A stretch of DNA of 64,000 bases. Source: an uncultured Verrucomicrobiae bacterium (GTDB lineage: Bacteria > Verrucomicrobiota > Verrucomicrobiia > Chthoniobacterales > JAFAMB01). Positions within the stretch are counted from its first letter, which is position 1, and every line of letters begins with the position of its first letter. Made by a program: the position numbers and the translations under genes. The stretch covers positions 74,438 through 138,437 of the forward strand of contig CAWDQF010000007.1 in NCBI GenBank assembly GCA_963804425.1, read 5' to 3'. The notes beneath the pieces are model-generated. The model saw only the letters and a program-made list of their open reading frames with translations, was not told where the DNA came from and ran no database searches. Positions 9,756 through 19,868 of the stretch are shown here, piece after piece.

Positions 9756-10316
9756 ATGGCGGACGAACAAACCACATCGGCATCCGAAAAGTCTGGGCCC
9801 ACGAGCGCCGGCACCTCCGAGCCGAAAACTTCGAAAGCGACCAAGGCCAAACCAACCAAGAAGGAAGCCGCGAGCACAACGACTGGAGCGGTCGGGGCCA
9901 AGCCCACCCTTTCTCTCTCCGCGTCGGAGCCCGATAAGCCTAAAATCATCAAGGCCAAGGGTAGCAAGAACGTCAATACGGGCGTAGCACATATCCTGGC
10001 CACCTTTAACAACACGATTGTTTCGATCAGCGATCTGACCGGCAACGTGATTGGTTGGTCTAGCGCTGGAAAGGTTGGGTTTCGCGGATCTCGGAAAAGC
10101 ACGGCGTACGCGGCGCAGTTAGTTGCTCAAGATGCTTGCCGCCAGGCAATGGGGCACGGTTTGAAAGAAGTAGAGGTTTTGGTCAAAGGCCCGGGTGCCG
10201 GTCGAGAGTCGGCCGTGCGCGCCATTCAAGCCATCGGCCTCGACATTTCGGTAATTCGGGACGTCACGCCGGTGCCGCACAACGGGTGTCGCCCGCCAAA
10301 ACAGCGTCGCGTCTGA
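9756..10316 (+). CDS. rpsK: 30S ribosomal protein S11 with ~58-aa low-complexity N-terminal extension
   Basis: Core [32 protein letters not shown]...[19 protein letters not shown], preceded by T/S/K/A-rich sequence. Confidence 0.93.
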   Translation: MADEQTTSASEKSGPTSAGTSEPKTSKATKAKPTKKEAASTTTGAVGAKPTLSLSASEPDKPKIIKAKGSKNVNTGVAHILATFNNTIVSISDLTGNVIGWSSAGKVGFRGSRKSTAYAAQLVAQDACRQAMGHGLKEVEVLVKGPGAGRESAVRAIQAIGLDISVIRDVTPVPHNGCRPPKQRRV

Positions 10317-10328
10317 CGAGGAATTTAC

Positions 10329-10940
10329 ATGGCTCGCTATACAGGTCCTAAATCGAGAATAAGTCGCCGCTACGGCGTTGCCCTATTCGGTCCGAGCAAA
10401 GCGCTCGAACGTAAGAACTATCCACCCGGAATGCACGGGCCCAAAGGATCCCGGCGCAAGCGCTCTGACTACTCGGCTGCTTTGGCGGAAAAACAGAAGC
10501 TGCGATTCCAATATGGTTTGATGGAACGGCAATTTCGTCGCTATTTCGAGACCGCGCTGCGCAAGCGCGGCGTTACCGGTGAAACCTTGCTCCAAATGTT
10601 GGAGACACGGCTCGACAATGTCATCTACCGGCTTGGCTTTGCGAATTCTCGAAACGCCGCCCGACAAATGGTCTCGCACGGGCACGTGGCTGTGAATAAT
10701 CGAAAGGTTAACGTTTCATCTTTCAATCTGCGTGCGGGCGATGTCGTCACCGTGAAGGATCGGCCCGCATCGCGCCGGTTAGCTACTCGCAATCTCGAAT
10801 TAACCCAAATTCAGCCGATCCCAGATTGGTTGGTCGTCGATAAGGACCAATTCCAAGGCAAAGTGGTGCGGATACCTACCCGCGAAGAAATTGCGCCGAT
10901 TGTAAACGAGCAATTGGTCGTTGAGTTGTATTCCCGTTGA
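10329..10940 (+). CDS. rpsD: 30S ribosomal protein S4
   Basis: MARYTGPKSRISRRYG..., with an S4 domain later in the protein. Confidence 0.95.
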   Translation: MARYTGPKSRISRRYGVALFGPSKALERKNYPPGMHGPKGSRRKRSDYSAALAEKQKLRFQYGLMERQFRRYFETALRKRGVTGETLLQMLETRLDNVIYRLGFANSRNAARQMVSHGHVAVNNRKVNVSSFNLRAGDVVTVKDRPASRRLATRNLELTQIQPIPDWLVVDKDQFQGKVVRIPTREEIAPIVNEQLVVELYSR

Positions 10941-10981
10941 TTCCGCCTACCTGCCGCGGAAGGAAGCCTTCTCGAAGAGGG

Positions 10982-11857
10982 TTATGCCAGCCGTTTACGC
11001 AATTCCAAATACAGGGTTTCAATTTCTGCCTGACTGTACCCAAGATAGTCGTTGACCGCCTCGAAGATGGTGCATTCTCCGGAACGCACTCGCGGTAAGA
11101 TCGTTAGTGTAAAAAGTGTCAGATGCGGACGAGCCGTCTCCAGCTCTCGCTGAATGATCTTAACCAGCGGACCAAATCCTTGATGAAATTCCGGCGACCC
11201 GAGACTATCCACCACTGCTTCGACGGCGTACTGCACTCGGCGTAGTTCGGTTGACCATTTGCCTTCATTCCAATTCAGGATGCCGTACGCTGCCCGTAGA
11301 TCACCATCAAAAGGGAAACCGACTGAACCGACGTTGAAGACCCGGGTCGGCCCGATCTGCCGTTGCAACGGAATGTGCGTATGCCCGCAACAAAGCATGT
11401 TTGGCAAGGGCTCGCCGAGCATAGCGAACGCCTTTGCGTCGGCCGTGGAAGGAAAGAATCCTTCGGCGTTCGAGCGAGGAGAACCGTGAGCGATGCAGAC
11501 GAATGAACCGTCAGGCCCAGTAAGCTGGACGGCTATCGGAAGCGCTCGCAAAAGAGGAATTGTCTCTGGAACTCTCTCTGCAGTCCAGCGGGCGGGTTGC
11601 CACGCATAAAGATCGACTGCGTGAGCTTCCTCAGGTGCGGATTCGCTCTGTTCAATTACGTAATCCTCATGATTGCCGCGCAAGAGCTGCCACTCCAGCT
11701 TTAGTAGCCGATCGTACACTTCTTTCGGAGCAGGCCCTCTATTCTGGAAGTCACCGGCCACAATGACCCGATCCGGTTGCACGATTTCCAGGTCCGCGAT
11801 GACCGCTTCCAGCGCGAGGAGGTTAGCGTGTATATCGGCCAAAACGGCTATCCGCAT
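10982..11857 (-). CDS. Calcineurin-like metallophosphoesterase
   Basis: Motifs MRIAVLADIHAN, GDFQNRGP, GNHEDY and CGHTH, plus an extra ~90-aa C-terminal region. Confidence 0.8.
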   Translation of the reverse strand: MRIAVLADIHANLLALEAVIADLEIVQPDRVIVAGDFQNRGPAPKEVYDRLLKLEWQLLRGNHEDYVIEQSESAPEEAHAVDLYAWQPARWTAERVPETIPLLRALPIAVQLTGPDGSFVCIAHGSPRSNAEGFFPSTADAKAFAMLGEPLPNMLCCGHTHIPLQRQIGPTRVFNVGSVGFPFDGDLRAAYGILNWNEGKWSTELRRVQYAVEAVVDSLGSPEFHQGFGPLVKIIQRELETARPHLTLFTLTILPRVRSGECTIFEAVNDYLGYSQAEIETLYLELRKRLA

Positions 11858-11872
11858 CGTAATCCGGACAAC

Positions 11873-12124
11873 CTAATTGTTCGCCTCCAGATACCGACTC
11901 TGAATCAATTCCAAGGCTTTGGCCAGGCTCATGCGATCCAAAAAGTGTTTTAACATAGGATCCGCATCTGCCGGTAAACCCTGTTTCAGTCGATCGATCC
12001 GCTCCGACGCCAAGCGAAGTCGCTGTAATTGAGCTTCGGGATCCTTGGTTCGCAAATCCTGATTGGAGATTACTTCAAGTCTTTCTTGTAAAGCCGATGC
12101 CAACTCTGAGTAATACTTCGCCAT
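11873..12124 (-). CDS. Small helical hypothetical protein
   Basis: ORF taken from ATG 12124 (MAKYYSELASALQERL...). I recognise no family. It lies 16 nt upstream of the phosphoesterase, and its start is uncertain. Confidence 0.45.
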   Translation of the reverse strand: MAKYYSELASALQERLEVISNQDLRTKDPEAQLQRLRLASERIDRLKQGLPADADPMLKHFLDRMSLAKALELIQSRYLEANN

Positions 12125-12939
12125 CCCCAAAATGTTGCGCAGGAGGGTTCGCAATCAAGATATTTTCGATCTGATCGCTTGGCCCGGAGCCGTTCCGGTC
12201 GTGGGATTACGCTCCGCAGCTGCTGGTGGCGCAATTCCTGAAGCAGGATTTCGAGTGTCGGCAGAGAAACCGGGGAACAATCGTGCAGCAACACAATCGC
12301 TCCAGGCTCCACAGAACGTAACAATCGCTCTGCTGCCTTTGCTGCATCCTTGACGCGGGTGTCGTACGCTCGAGCGCTCCAACCCACGAGACGGAGATTA
12401 CGAACCGAAAGGATGGGGTGGAGAAAAGGATTTTTCATTCCCGTTGGTGCTCGGAATAGGTATGGAATGGGGAGACCCAAGCCTGCCATCGTCTTCTCAA
12501 AGCTGTCAATTTCTCTTCGCAGGCGCCGCGGCCCAAGGCTCCAGAAGCGGAATTGCGGATGCGTTTGGGTATGATTGCCAATGGAATGGCCTCGATCCAG
12601 GATCGTCCGAACGAGGGCGGGAGCATTCCTTGCTTTCTGGCCAATCAGAAAAAAAGTCGCTTTCGCCCCAAAGCGATCGAGCAGATCGAGAATCGCCGGT
12701 GTTGTTTGCGGATTCGGGCCGTCGTCGATAGTCAACCAGACTTCATCCCCGTCTTGATCGAAATAGGTGATAACCGGCCCGAAACCCTGAAGTGAAGGAA
12801 TGAGAGTGGTTGCGAGAAGTATCAGGTGAGCAAACAACAAGACCAAAAGCCCTTCGACCGAGCCCAACCCAACCAGGATTAACGTGGCGAACGGCGCCAA
12901 CACAATGTACCAGACACTTGGTGTGACGCGCGCTGACAT
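12070..12939 (-). CDS. Polysaccharide deacetylase (NodB homology domain), membrane-anchored
   Basis: VWLTIDDGPNPQTTPAILDLLDRFGAKATFFLIG...GHSIGNHTQTHP, with N-terminal TM helices. I prefer ATG 12939 over ORF-track TTG 12990. Confidence 0.8.
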   Translation of the reverse strand: MSARVTPSVWYIVLAPFATLILVGLGSVEGLLVLLFAHLILLATTLIPSLQGFGPVITYFDQDGDEVWLTIDDGPNPQTTPAILDLLDRFGAKATFFLIGQKARNAPALVRTILDRGHSIGNHTQTHPQFRFWSLGPRRLRREIDSFEKTMAGLGLPIPYLFRAPTGMKNPFLHPILSVRNLRLVGWSARAYDTRVKDAAKAAERLLRSVEPGAIVLLHDCSPVSLPTLEILLQELRHQQLRSVIPRPERLRAKRSDRKYLDCEPSCATFWGWRSITQSWHRLYKKDLK

Positions 12940-13094
12940 CCTCCCTTCTAACGGGTTATCCGGAGACCAGGGAAGTAAAATTGAGATCAAATCGCGGGTC
13001 GAAAGCGGGGTCGCTTTTGGTTGACTCCGAAAGGGTAATCGAAAACGATCTGGTTGAGCCCTGCGGCTCGCTGGGTGCGAGACGCCACACTACA

Positions 13095-14267
13095 GTGACA
13101 AATACTTCGATCACTTCTTCTTTGCGTCCCCAAGTAGCGTTGTTGATTGAAACTTCCAATGCTTACAGTCGAGGGCTGCTGCGGGGGATCCGAACTTACA
13201 TGCGCGAGGGTGCGAATTGGGAGATTCATTTTACCGAGCAGGGTAGAGGCGACGAACCACCTCCTTGGTTCCACAATTGGCATGGACACGGCGTCATTGC
13301 GCGCATCGAAAACAGCGCTATTGAAGAGGCCGTCGCAGCCGCTGGACTGCCGGTGGTCAACGTTAGCAGTAACGCGGTCAAGCGAAGCTTTCCGACGGTG
13401 GCCAGCGATAGTGAGGCGCTGTGTACGGTCGCGGCCGAGCATCTGCTCGAGCGCGGTTTTCGGTTGTTTGGATATTGCGGAGACGCACGCTTTGATTGGT
13501 CCCTGCGTCATGAGCACAATTTCAGCAAGCATTTGCGGGCGGCCGGTTTCGATCTTGAAGTCTTTGATTCGGAAATTGGCGATGCCGAAGATTGGCCGCA
13601 TGAACAGAGAAAGCTGAATGATTGGCTGATTCGTCTACCCAAGCCAATCGGGATTTTTGCTTGCTACGATATCCGTGGGCAGCAGCTCCTTGACGTCTGC
13701 CGACAAGCCGGGATCCAAGTGCCGGATGAAGTAGCGGTGGTTGGTCATCACAACGATGAACTTCTTTGCGAACTCTGTGATCCTCCACTCTCTAGCATCA
13801 TTCCCAACGCGCGGCGAGCAGGCTACGAGGCAGCGCAGTTGCTCGATCGGATTATGCAGGGTCAGCATGTGCCTCTGCAAACGCGCCTCATCGCGCCGAT
13901 CGGCGTTTTCGCCCGGAAATCGACCGAGGCGATTGCTGTCGGCGATATAGAAATCGCACAAGCAGTGAGGTTTATTCGAGATCACGCTTGCGAGGGGATC
14001 GGAGTGGAGGATGTATTAAAAGTGGTTCCGATTTCTCGGACAGTACTGGAACGTCGTTTTCAAAAATTTCTCAGCCGATCGCCCTATGAAGAGATCCTTC
14101 GTCTTCGCCTCGAACGAGTGAAACAGTTGCTGACGATCACAGATCTATCAATCGCTCAGATCGCAGGTCAGGTGGGATTTTCCGGGGTGGAATACTTGAG
14201 CGCTATGTTTAAGCGAAAGCTGGGCGTATCTCCTCGCGAGTTTCGTCGATCGGTGATTGCGAAATGA
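13095..14267 (+). CDS. XylR-like transcriptional regulator (periplasmic-binding-protein-like sensor + AraC HTH)
   Basis: PQVALLIETSNAYSRGLLRGIRTY... is the sensor fold, and the C-terminus has the AraC-type LSIAQIAGQVGFSGVEYLSAMFKRKLGVSPREFR. The start is ambiguous within 12981-13095, and GTG 13095 is chosen. Confidence 0.75.
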   Translation: MTNTSITSSLRPQVALLIETSNAYSRGLLRGIRTYMREGANWEIHFTEQGRGDEPPPWFHNWHGHGVIARIENSAIEEAVAAAGLPVVNVSSNAVKRSFPTVASDSEALCTVAAEHLLERGFRLFGYCGDARFDWSLRHEHNFSKHLRAAGFDLEVFDSEIGDAEDWPHEQRKLNDWLIRLPKPIGIFACYDIRGQQLLDVCRQAGIQVPDEVAVVGHHNDELLCELCDPPLSSIIPNARRAGYEAAQLLDRIMQGQHVPLQTRLIAPIGVFARKSTEAIAVGDIEIAQAVRFIRDHACEGIGVEDVLKVVPISRTVLERRFQKFLSRSPYEEILRLRLERVKQLLTITDLSIAQIAGQVGFSGVEYLSAMFKRKLGVSPREFRRSVIAK

Positions 14268-14419
14268 GGCGGCGAGGGTTTGTTTAACGAAGTTCTTGGC
14301 CGAACCGCTTGACGTTGTTCGCTCGCCGGAGATCAGTTGCTTCTACTCAGGAGATGAAGCACAAGCTTGCGCGGGGCGCGAGCCTAGCGTCTTCGTGTGA
14401 GTTCTTTCTGCGCCGACGG

Positions 14420-15645
14420 ATGAAAAAATCGTCATTGGTAATCATTCTCTTAGTAGTCTTCATCGATCTTATCGGTTTCGGGATGATCATTCCGATTCTG
14501 CCGCTCTACGCGCAGGGTTTTGCAGCTTCGGAATGGCAAATCGGTCTCCTCCTCGGTTCGTACTCGTTCATGCAGTTCCTTGCTTCCCCAGTTCTGGGGG
14601 GAATCTCTGATCGATTCGGTCGGAAACCGGTCTTGCTTTGCAGTCTGCTCGGCTCCGCGATCGGGTACATCTTAATGGCCAACGCCCACTCTTTGTTTAT
14701 GCTGTTTGCGGCCCGAATAATCGACGGAATCTCCGGTGCGAGCGTTGCCACCGCCTCTGCGTACATCGCAGATATCACGCCGCCGGAAAACCGATCTCGT
14801 CGCATCGGTCTGATCGGCGCTGCATTTGGAATTGGATTCGTGCTGGGCCCGGCTATTGGTGGTCTCCTTAGCCTGATCTCACCGGTAGCGCCGTTTTGGT
14901 TCGCCGCAGCGATCGCGCTAGCGAACGGGGCGGCGGTGATCGCGTTTTTACCGGAACCGAAAGAGCACGTAGACCGGCTTAAAAATTTGGAGAACGCCAG
15001 AGAGGTCTGGTCTGGATCTTTCGGTCGATGGCTGGCCGTTCTGGTATTGACTTACTTTATAGCAATCGCGGGATTCGCCATCGTCACGATGATTTTTCCC
15101 CAAGTCTGTAATCGGCGCTTCAATCTTGGCCAGGCGCAAATAAGCTGGCTTTTTGTTATTCTGGGTCTGGTGGGAGCACTGATTCAGGGGGAGCGATCGG
15201 CCGATTAGCTAAGCGATTTGGCGACTACAAATTGGCCGTAATCGGATTGGCCGTGATGGCGGCAAGCATGGCGCTTATGCCGTTCGGGACGACAATCCCG
15301 TTGTTTCTTTTGTTCACAATCGGTTTAGGAGTTGGCAATAGCCTATCTCAGCCAACGATCAACGCGATGGCTTCCAAGGCGGCCCACGCTGGAGCCCAAG
15401 GGCGGGTATTGGGCGCCCTTCAATCGGCCGGGAGTCTTGGCCGGGTTTGCGGACCCGCGATGGGTGGATTTCTCCTGGCGAGTGACCACACTCGACCTCC
15501 TATCGAATATGGGAATACACCTTTTTTGATTGGCGGACTCGTGATGGCGTTGGCCTTCGTCGTCGGCCTGACACTGCGAAAAGTGGAACGAACAGAAATC
15601 CAGCGGCCAATAGATGTTGGTCAAGAGTCATACCGGGGCGACTGA
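14420..15645 (+). pseudogene. MFS (DHA1/TetA-like) transporter interrupted by a frameshift at a G5 run
   Basis: The two ORFs 14420-15208 and 15232-15645 are colinear halves of one MFS protein. Reading ...GALIQG then GAIGRLAKRFGDYKLAVIG requires one extra G at 15187-15191. Confidence 0.75.
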
Positions 15646-15737
15646 GGTCCTGCATCCGGCGCCGCTCATAGCCGTCAACTCTAGGAGTGGCCTCTAGATA
15701 GACGAGGGAATACTTCTCGAGGAGACGCCCTTCCGGT

Positions 15738-16721
15738 CTATCCAATCCACCGAGCGATATCTCGTGCCCAGTAGGTGATGACCAGGTCAGCGCCCGCTCG
15801 CCGGAAGGAGGTCATCAACTCCAGTACTGCATTTTTTTCGTCCAACCACCCGTTCTGCGCGGCTGCCTTAAGCATCGCGTATTCACCGCTGATGTTGAAA
15901 ACAGCGGTAGGCATCTTGAATCGGTCTTTGACCCGCCAGAGTATGTCCAGATAAGGAAGGCCCGGCTTCACGATCAGCAAGTCTGCGCCCTCTTCGAGAT
16001 CGAGAGCGACCTCGCGCAACGCTTCGTTCGCGTTAGCCGGATCCATCTGGTAAGTCCGGCGATCCCCAAAATGGGGAGCGTTCTCCGCGGCTTCGCGAAA
16101 AGGTCCGTAGAAAGCCGAATAGAATTTCGCAGCATAACTCATGATCGGAGTCGACTGAAACCCGCGAAGATCGAGCTCGCGTCGGATCACAGATACCCGG
16201 CCGTCCATCATATCGCTTGGTGCGACGATATCGGCTCCCGCCTCTGCTAGGCTGACCGCCGTTCGTGCAACTAACTCAACCGAAGGATCGTTTAAGATTT
16301 CGTAGCGGTCCCCTGATCGTTGCACCACTCCGCAGTGGCCGTGCTCCATATATTCACAGAGGCAAACGTCAGCAATGATGATCAGATCTGGAACATCTTG
16401 TTTTAAGCGACGAACGGTACGCTGAACAATGCCGTCAGAGGCATATGCGCCTGAGCCGACGTCATCTTTTGCGGCCGGGATCCCAAAGGCCAAAATGGCA
16501 CGAACTCCCTCGGCATACGCCGTTTTGGCTTCTTCGACAAAGTGCTCTACATCAAATTGAAAAACGCCCGGCATACTCGTGATGGGGGTTGGACCGCTTA
16601 CCTTTTCCGAAACAAACATTGGGTAGATGCACTGCCACGGTTCAACTGTGGTTTCTCGGACCAGTTGCCGAAGGGATGCGCCGGATCGAAGACGTCGTGG
16701 CCGGCGGAGCAGATCAAGCAT
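15738..16721 (-). CDS. hemB: Porphobilinogen synthase (delta-aminolevulinate dehydratase), Zn type
   Basis: MLDLLRRPRRLR..., a Cys-rich metal site DVCLCEYMEHGHCG, and active-site Lys contexts. Start taken at ATG 16721. Confidence 0.93.
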   Translation of the reverse strand: MLDLLRRPRRLRSGASLRQLVRETTVEPWQCIYPMFVSEKVSGPTPITSMPGVFQFDVEHFVEEAKTAYAEGVRAILAFGIPAAKDDVGSGAYASDGIVQRTVRRLKQDVPDLIIIADVCLCEYMEHGHCGVVQRSGDRYEILNDPSVELVARTAVSLAEAGADIVAPSDMMDGRVSVIRRELDLRGFQSTPIMSYAAKFYSAFYGPFREAAENAPHFGDRRTYQMDPANANEALREVALDLEEGADLLIVKPGLPYLDILWRVKDRFKMPTAVFNISGEYAMLKAAAQNGWLDEKNAVLELMTSFRRAGADLVITYWARDIARWIG

Positions 16722-16787
16722 AGTCCAGTCTATTTGCCGGACGGTTGAACGCAAATGTGTATAAGTTAGCGAACGCCTCTCCGGACA

Positions 16788-17522
16788 ATGAACCGACTTT
16801 TGCTCGTAAATCTGAACAATACGTCAACCAAGATCGCCTTGTCTGACCAAGAAAAACTGCTGAGGAAAAGCGTGATTCCGACCAGCAAATTGACGCCGAC
16901 GGCCATCGATCGGGTGATTGGAAAATGGGCATTCGATTATGCCGTCGTCGGATCGGTGGTCCCAAACAAAACCGGGATATTTCGGAAGAAACTGCGAGGA
17001 CGTCTCATTGAGGTGAGTACTGAACTCGACTTGGGAATCGGCGTCGATTTTCCAGAACCACGAAGCATCGGAGCCGATCGCCTGGCGAACGCGGTCGGGG
17101 TAACGTCTCGTTTTGGGGCGCCGGCTGTCGTAGTAGACTTTGGCACAGCGGTCACGTTTGATATCATTTCTCATTTGCGGCAATACATCGGCGGGGTGAT
17201 CGCGCCGGGACTCGGCGCAATGACGGATTATCTTTACCATAGGACCGCTTTGCTCCCTCGGATTGATTTATCGGAACCGACAAACATCATCGGGAAATCG
17301 ACCAAGGAGGCCATGCTAGCCGGAGCAATATATGGGTATCGCGGACTCGTGCGCCAAATCGTTACCGAGATCGTCGGCAAACTGGAAGGAAAAGCTCACA
17401 TCGTCGCCACCGGCAGCTATGCTTCTTTGATCGCCGCTAAACTTCCGGAGTTGCAAATTGTTGATCCTGACCTCACCCTGGAAGGCCTTCGCATCATCGC
17501 ATTACGCAATACCCCTTTATGA
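16788..17522 (+). CDS. coaX: Type III pantothenate kinase
   Basis: LLVNLNNTSTKIAL, GADRLANAVG and VVDFGTAVTFD are motifs of the CoaX/Baf family. Confidence 0.85.
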   Translation: MNRLLLVNLNNTSTKIALSDQEKLLRKSVIPTSKLTPTAIDRVIGKWAFDYAVVGSVVPNKTGIFRKKLRGRLIEVSTELDLGIGVDFPEPRSIGADRLANAVGVTSRFGAPAVVVDFGTAVTFDIISHLRQYIGGVIAPGLGAMTDYLYHRTALLPRIDLSEPTNIIGKSTKEAMLAGAIYGYRGLVRQIVTEIVGKLEGKAHIVATGSYASLIAAKLPELQIVDPDLTLEGLRIIALRNTPL

Positions 17523-18466
17523 GTTCCGCTACGGCAATCGGATTTGATTTCGGCGCGACAACTATCAAGACAGGAGTCGTTCGAGATGGGTCGATTCTGG
17601 AAAAAGGCAAGGTCATTGAGACTCGGCAAGACGGCAATACCGACGCCTTGATTCAGGAAATGATCGACGAAATTCAGGCCCTGAGAACGAAGCATTCGGA
17701 AACCCAAGCCGTGGGCTTCGGCGTACCGGGCATCATCAATCCAATCAAGGGCGTAGTAATTAATCTCACGAACGTCAAAGGCTGGAAGCAGATTCCTCTG
17801 CGCTCCATCGTTCAAGAAAGAACGGGATTAACGGCGAACCTGGAGAATGATGCCAAGGCCATGGCTTACGCGGAGTGGCGGCATGGTGCTGGCGCGCAGG
17901 TTTCAAATGTGGTTTGCGTCACGTTAGGAACGGCCGTAGGAGGCGCACTAATCTTGAATGGGAAGCTTTATCGAGGTGCGACCTTTGTGGCCGGAGAGAT
18001 CGGCCAAATGTCGATTGATTACCGAGGCGTAGATTTTGTGTATGGGAACAAGGGAGCGTTGGAAGCTTATGTCGGCCATTACAAAATAGCGGACCGAGCC
18101 AAGGAAATCTATTCCGCAGCCGGCCAGGAAATCACTAACGAAGAAGCCGATCCGAAAAGGTTGTCTGCTGCGGCGGATCAAGGCGACAAATTAGCCGAAG
18201 CCGTTTGGCAAGATATCGGGCTCAAGATAGGGGTTGGATTGACAAACGTGATTTGGCTGGTGAACCCTGATCGTATCGTTATCGGAGGAGGTGTCGCCCA
18301 AGCAGGAGATCGCCTCTTCAGATATATCCGCGAGACGATAGAAAATCGTTGCGAAAGGACATTTTGGGAAAATCTCGAGGTTGTTCCGGCTACTTTAGGA
18401 AATGATGCCGGGATCATCGGCGCGGCATCACTGGCTCTGGAGTCGGAATTTCTGCCGAAGCGTTAG
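17519..18466 (+). CDS. ROK-family sugar kinase (glucokinase-like)
   Basis: IGFDFGATTIKTGVV, GVPGIINP and ENDAKAMAYAEWRHGAG. ATGA overlap with coaX. Confidence 0.8.
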   Translation: MSSATAIGFDFGATTIKTGVVRDGSILEKGKVIETRQDGNTDALIQEMIDEIQALRTKHSETQAVGFGVPGIINPIKGVVINLTNVKGWKQIPLRSIVQERTGLTANLENDAKAMAYAEWRHGAGAQVSNVVCVTLGTAVGGALILNGKLYRGATFVAGEIGQMSIDYRGVDFVYGNKGALEAYVGHYKIADRAKEIYSAAGQEITNEEADPKRLSAAADQGDKLAEAVWQDIGLKIGVGLTNVIWLVNPDRIVIGGGVAQAGDRLFRYIRETIENRCERTFWENLEVVPATLGNDAGIIGAASLALESEFLPKR

Positions 18467-18521
18467 CCGGCACGCTGCGCCATTTGCCAAATCTATCTAA
18501 ATCAGGCAAATTACCTTAAAT

Positions 18522-18743
18522 ATGTCCCTGGCTGATCGAGCGGCCAAAGCTGCTAAAATTGCCCAAGAACCGGAACTCTACAAGATCTGCGAAGGTTGCG
18601 ATTCGATTGTTACTCGTCGGGTCTCAACCTGCCCAAACTGCCACGGCTATCGATTCGAGGAAGATCCTGCGGCAGTAATCCGGCAGGCAAATCTCCTGGG
18701 TTCACGCGAGAAGACCAGCGTTCTCACGGAAGATCTCCAGTAA
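18522..18743 (+). CDS. Small zinc-ribbon hypothetical protein
   Basis: 73 aa with CEGC...CPNC. No family recognised. Confidence 0.5.
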   Translation: MSLADRAAKAAKIAQEPELYKICEGCDSIVTRRVSTCPNCHGYRFEEDPAAVIRQANLLGSREKTSVLTEDLQ

Positions 18744-18811
18744 TTTCTGTCTGTGGTAGTAGGCGACGTCCAAGACGGGGAGGGATCGCTGTGCACCCCG
18801 ATCAGGGGCAA

Positions 18812-19828
18812 TCATGGCTCCAGTGACCTGCCTGTGAGTAAGTAGTTTTGCACATAATCCGCCACCCCTTGCTCAAGAGTGAAATCCGGACCGGCGTATC
18901 CCGCAGAACGGAGTTTCCCAATATTCGCTTCTGTGAAGTACTGGTATTTGTCCCGTAACGCTTCGGGCATTTCGATAAACTCGATCTCAGGTGATTTCTT
19001 GAGCGCAGCAAACACCGCGGACGCCAACTCGTTCCAAGTCCGAGCCCGTCCAGAGCCTAAGTTAAATAGTCCGCGAGCAGAAACATTAATCGCCAGATGG
19101 AGAGTCATTTCCACCGCATCTTTTACGTACAGAAAATCTCTTTGTTGCTCCCCGTGTCCGTACTCTGGTCGATAGCTTTTAAAGAGTTGGATCTTGCCGG
19201 TATGTTGGACCTGTTCAAAAGCTTTGTGTACAAGGCTGCGCATCTCTTTCTTATGGCCTTCGTTCGGGCCGAAGACGTTAAAATATTTCAATCCGACCGA
19301 GGAATCGAGTAACCCGCGCTTCTTGGCGTACACGTCGAAACGGTGTTTGGAAAACGCGTAACCATTCAAAGGACGAAATTGAATCAGTTGTTGCTCATTA
19401 TCACTCATCCCGGCGGAACCGTCTCCGTAGGTCGCCGCAGAGGACGCGTAGACGAAGCGCAAACGACGTCTTGCCGCCCATTCGGCCAGGTCCTTGGTGA
19501 ATTGATAATTGTTCCGCATCAAGTAGCCGAGATCCCGTTCGGTTGTCACGGAACAAGCACCCAAATGAAAGATCGTCCGGACTTCGTTAAGAAAGGGACT
19601 TTCGCCCGTCACTAGCCCCAGGAGATCTGGAGCGGCGATGTAGTCGTCGAATCGGAGTGGAACCAAATTGCGCCACTTTTCGTCGATCGCGAGCTCGTCG
19701 CACACCAGGATATTGTCGAGAGATCGGCCATTGAGCGCCCAGATCAATGCGCTGCCAATGAACCCCGCGCCGCCAGTCACGAGGATTTTACCTTTTCCTA
19801 AATCAATCACGGTTTTAAGCTTTTCCAC
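18812..19828 (-). CDS. hldD: ADP-L-glycero-D-manno-heptose 6-epimerase
   Basis: Colinear with HldD: ILVTGGAGFIGS, FHLGACSVTTE, YASSAATYG, YFNVFGPNEGHK and FNLGSGRA. Confidence 0.85.
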   Translation of the reverse strand: MEKLKTVIDLGKGKILVTGGAGFIGSALIWALNGRSLDNILVCDELAIDEKWRNLVPLRFDDYIAAPDLLGLVTGESPFLNEVRTIFHLGACSVTTERDLGYLMRNNYQFTKDLAEWAARRRLRFVYASSAATYGDGSAGMSDNEQQLIQFRPLNGYAFSKHRFDVYAKKRGLLDSSVGLKYFNVFGPNEGHKKEMRSLVHKAFEQVQHTGKIQLFKSYRPEYGHGEQQRDFLYVKDAVEMTLHLAINVSARGLFNLGSGRARTWNELASAVFAALKKSPEIEFIEMPEALRDKYQYFTEANIGKLRSAGYAGPDFTLEQGVADYVQNYLLTGRSLEP

Positions 19829-19868
19829 TCAACCCGTTTTTGGTTCACGACGCAAGAACCCAGATCTG

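Noticed and set aside
12070-12124. 55-nt overlap between the polysaccharide deacetylase 3' end and the small helical ORF.
   Set aside because: Most likely the small ORF's start is mis-assigned, since TTG candidates exist further in. This is not evidence of dual coding.
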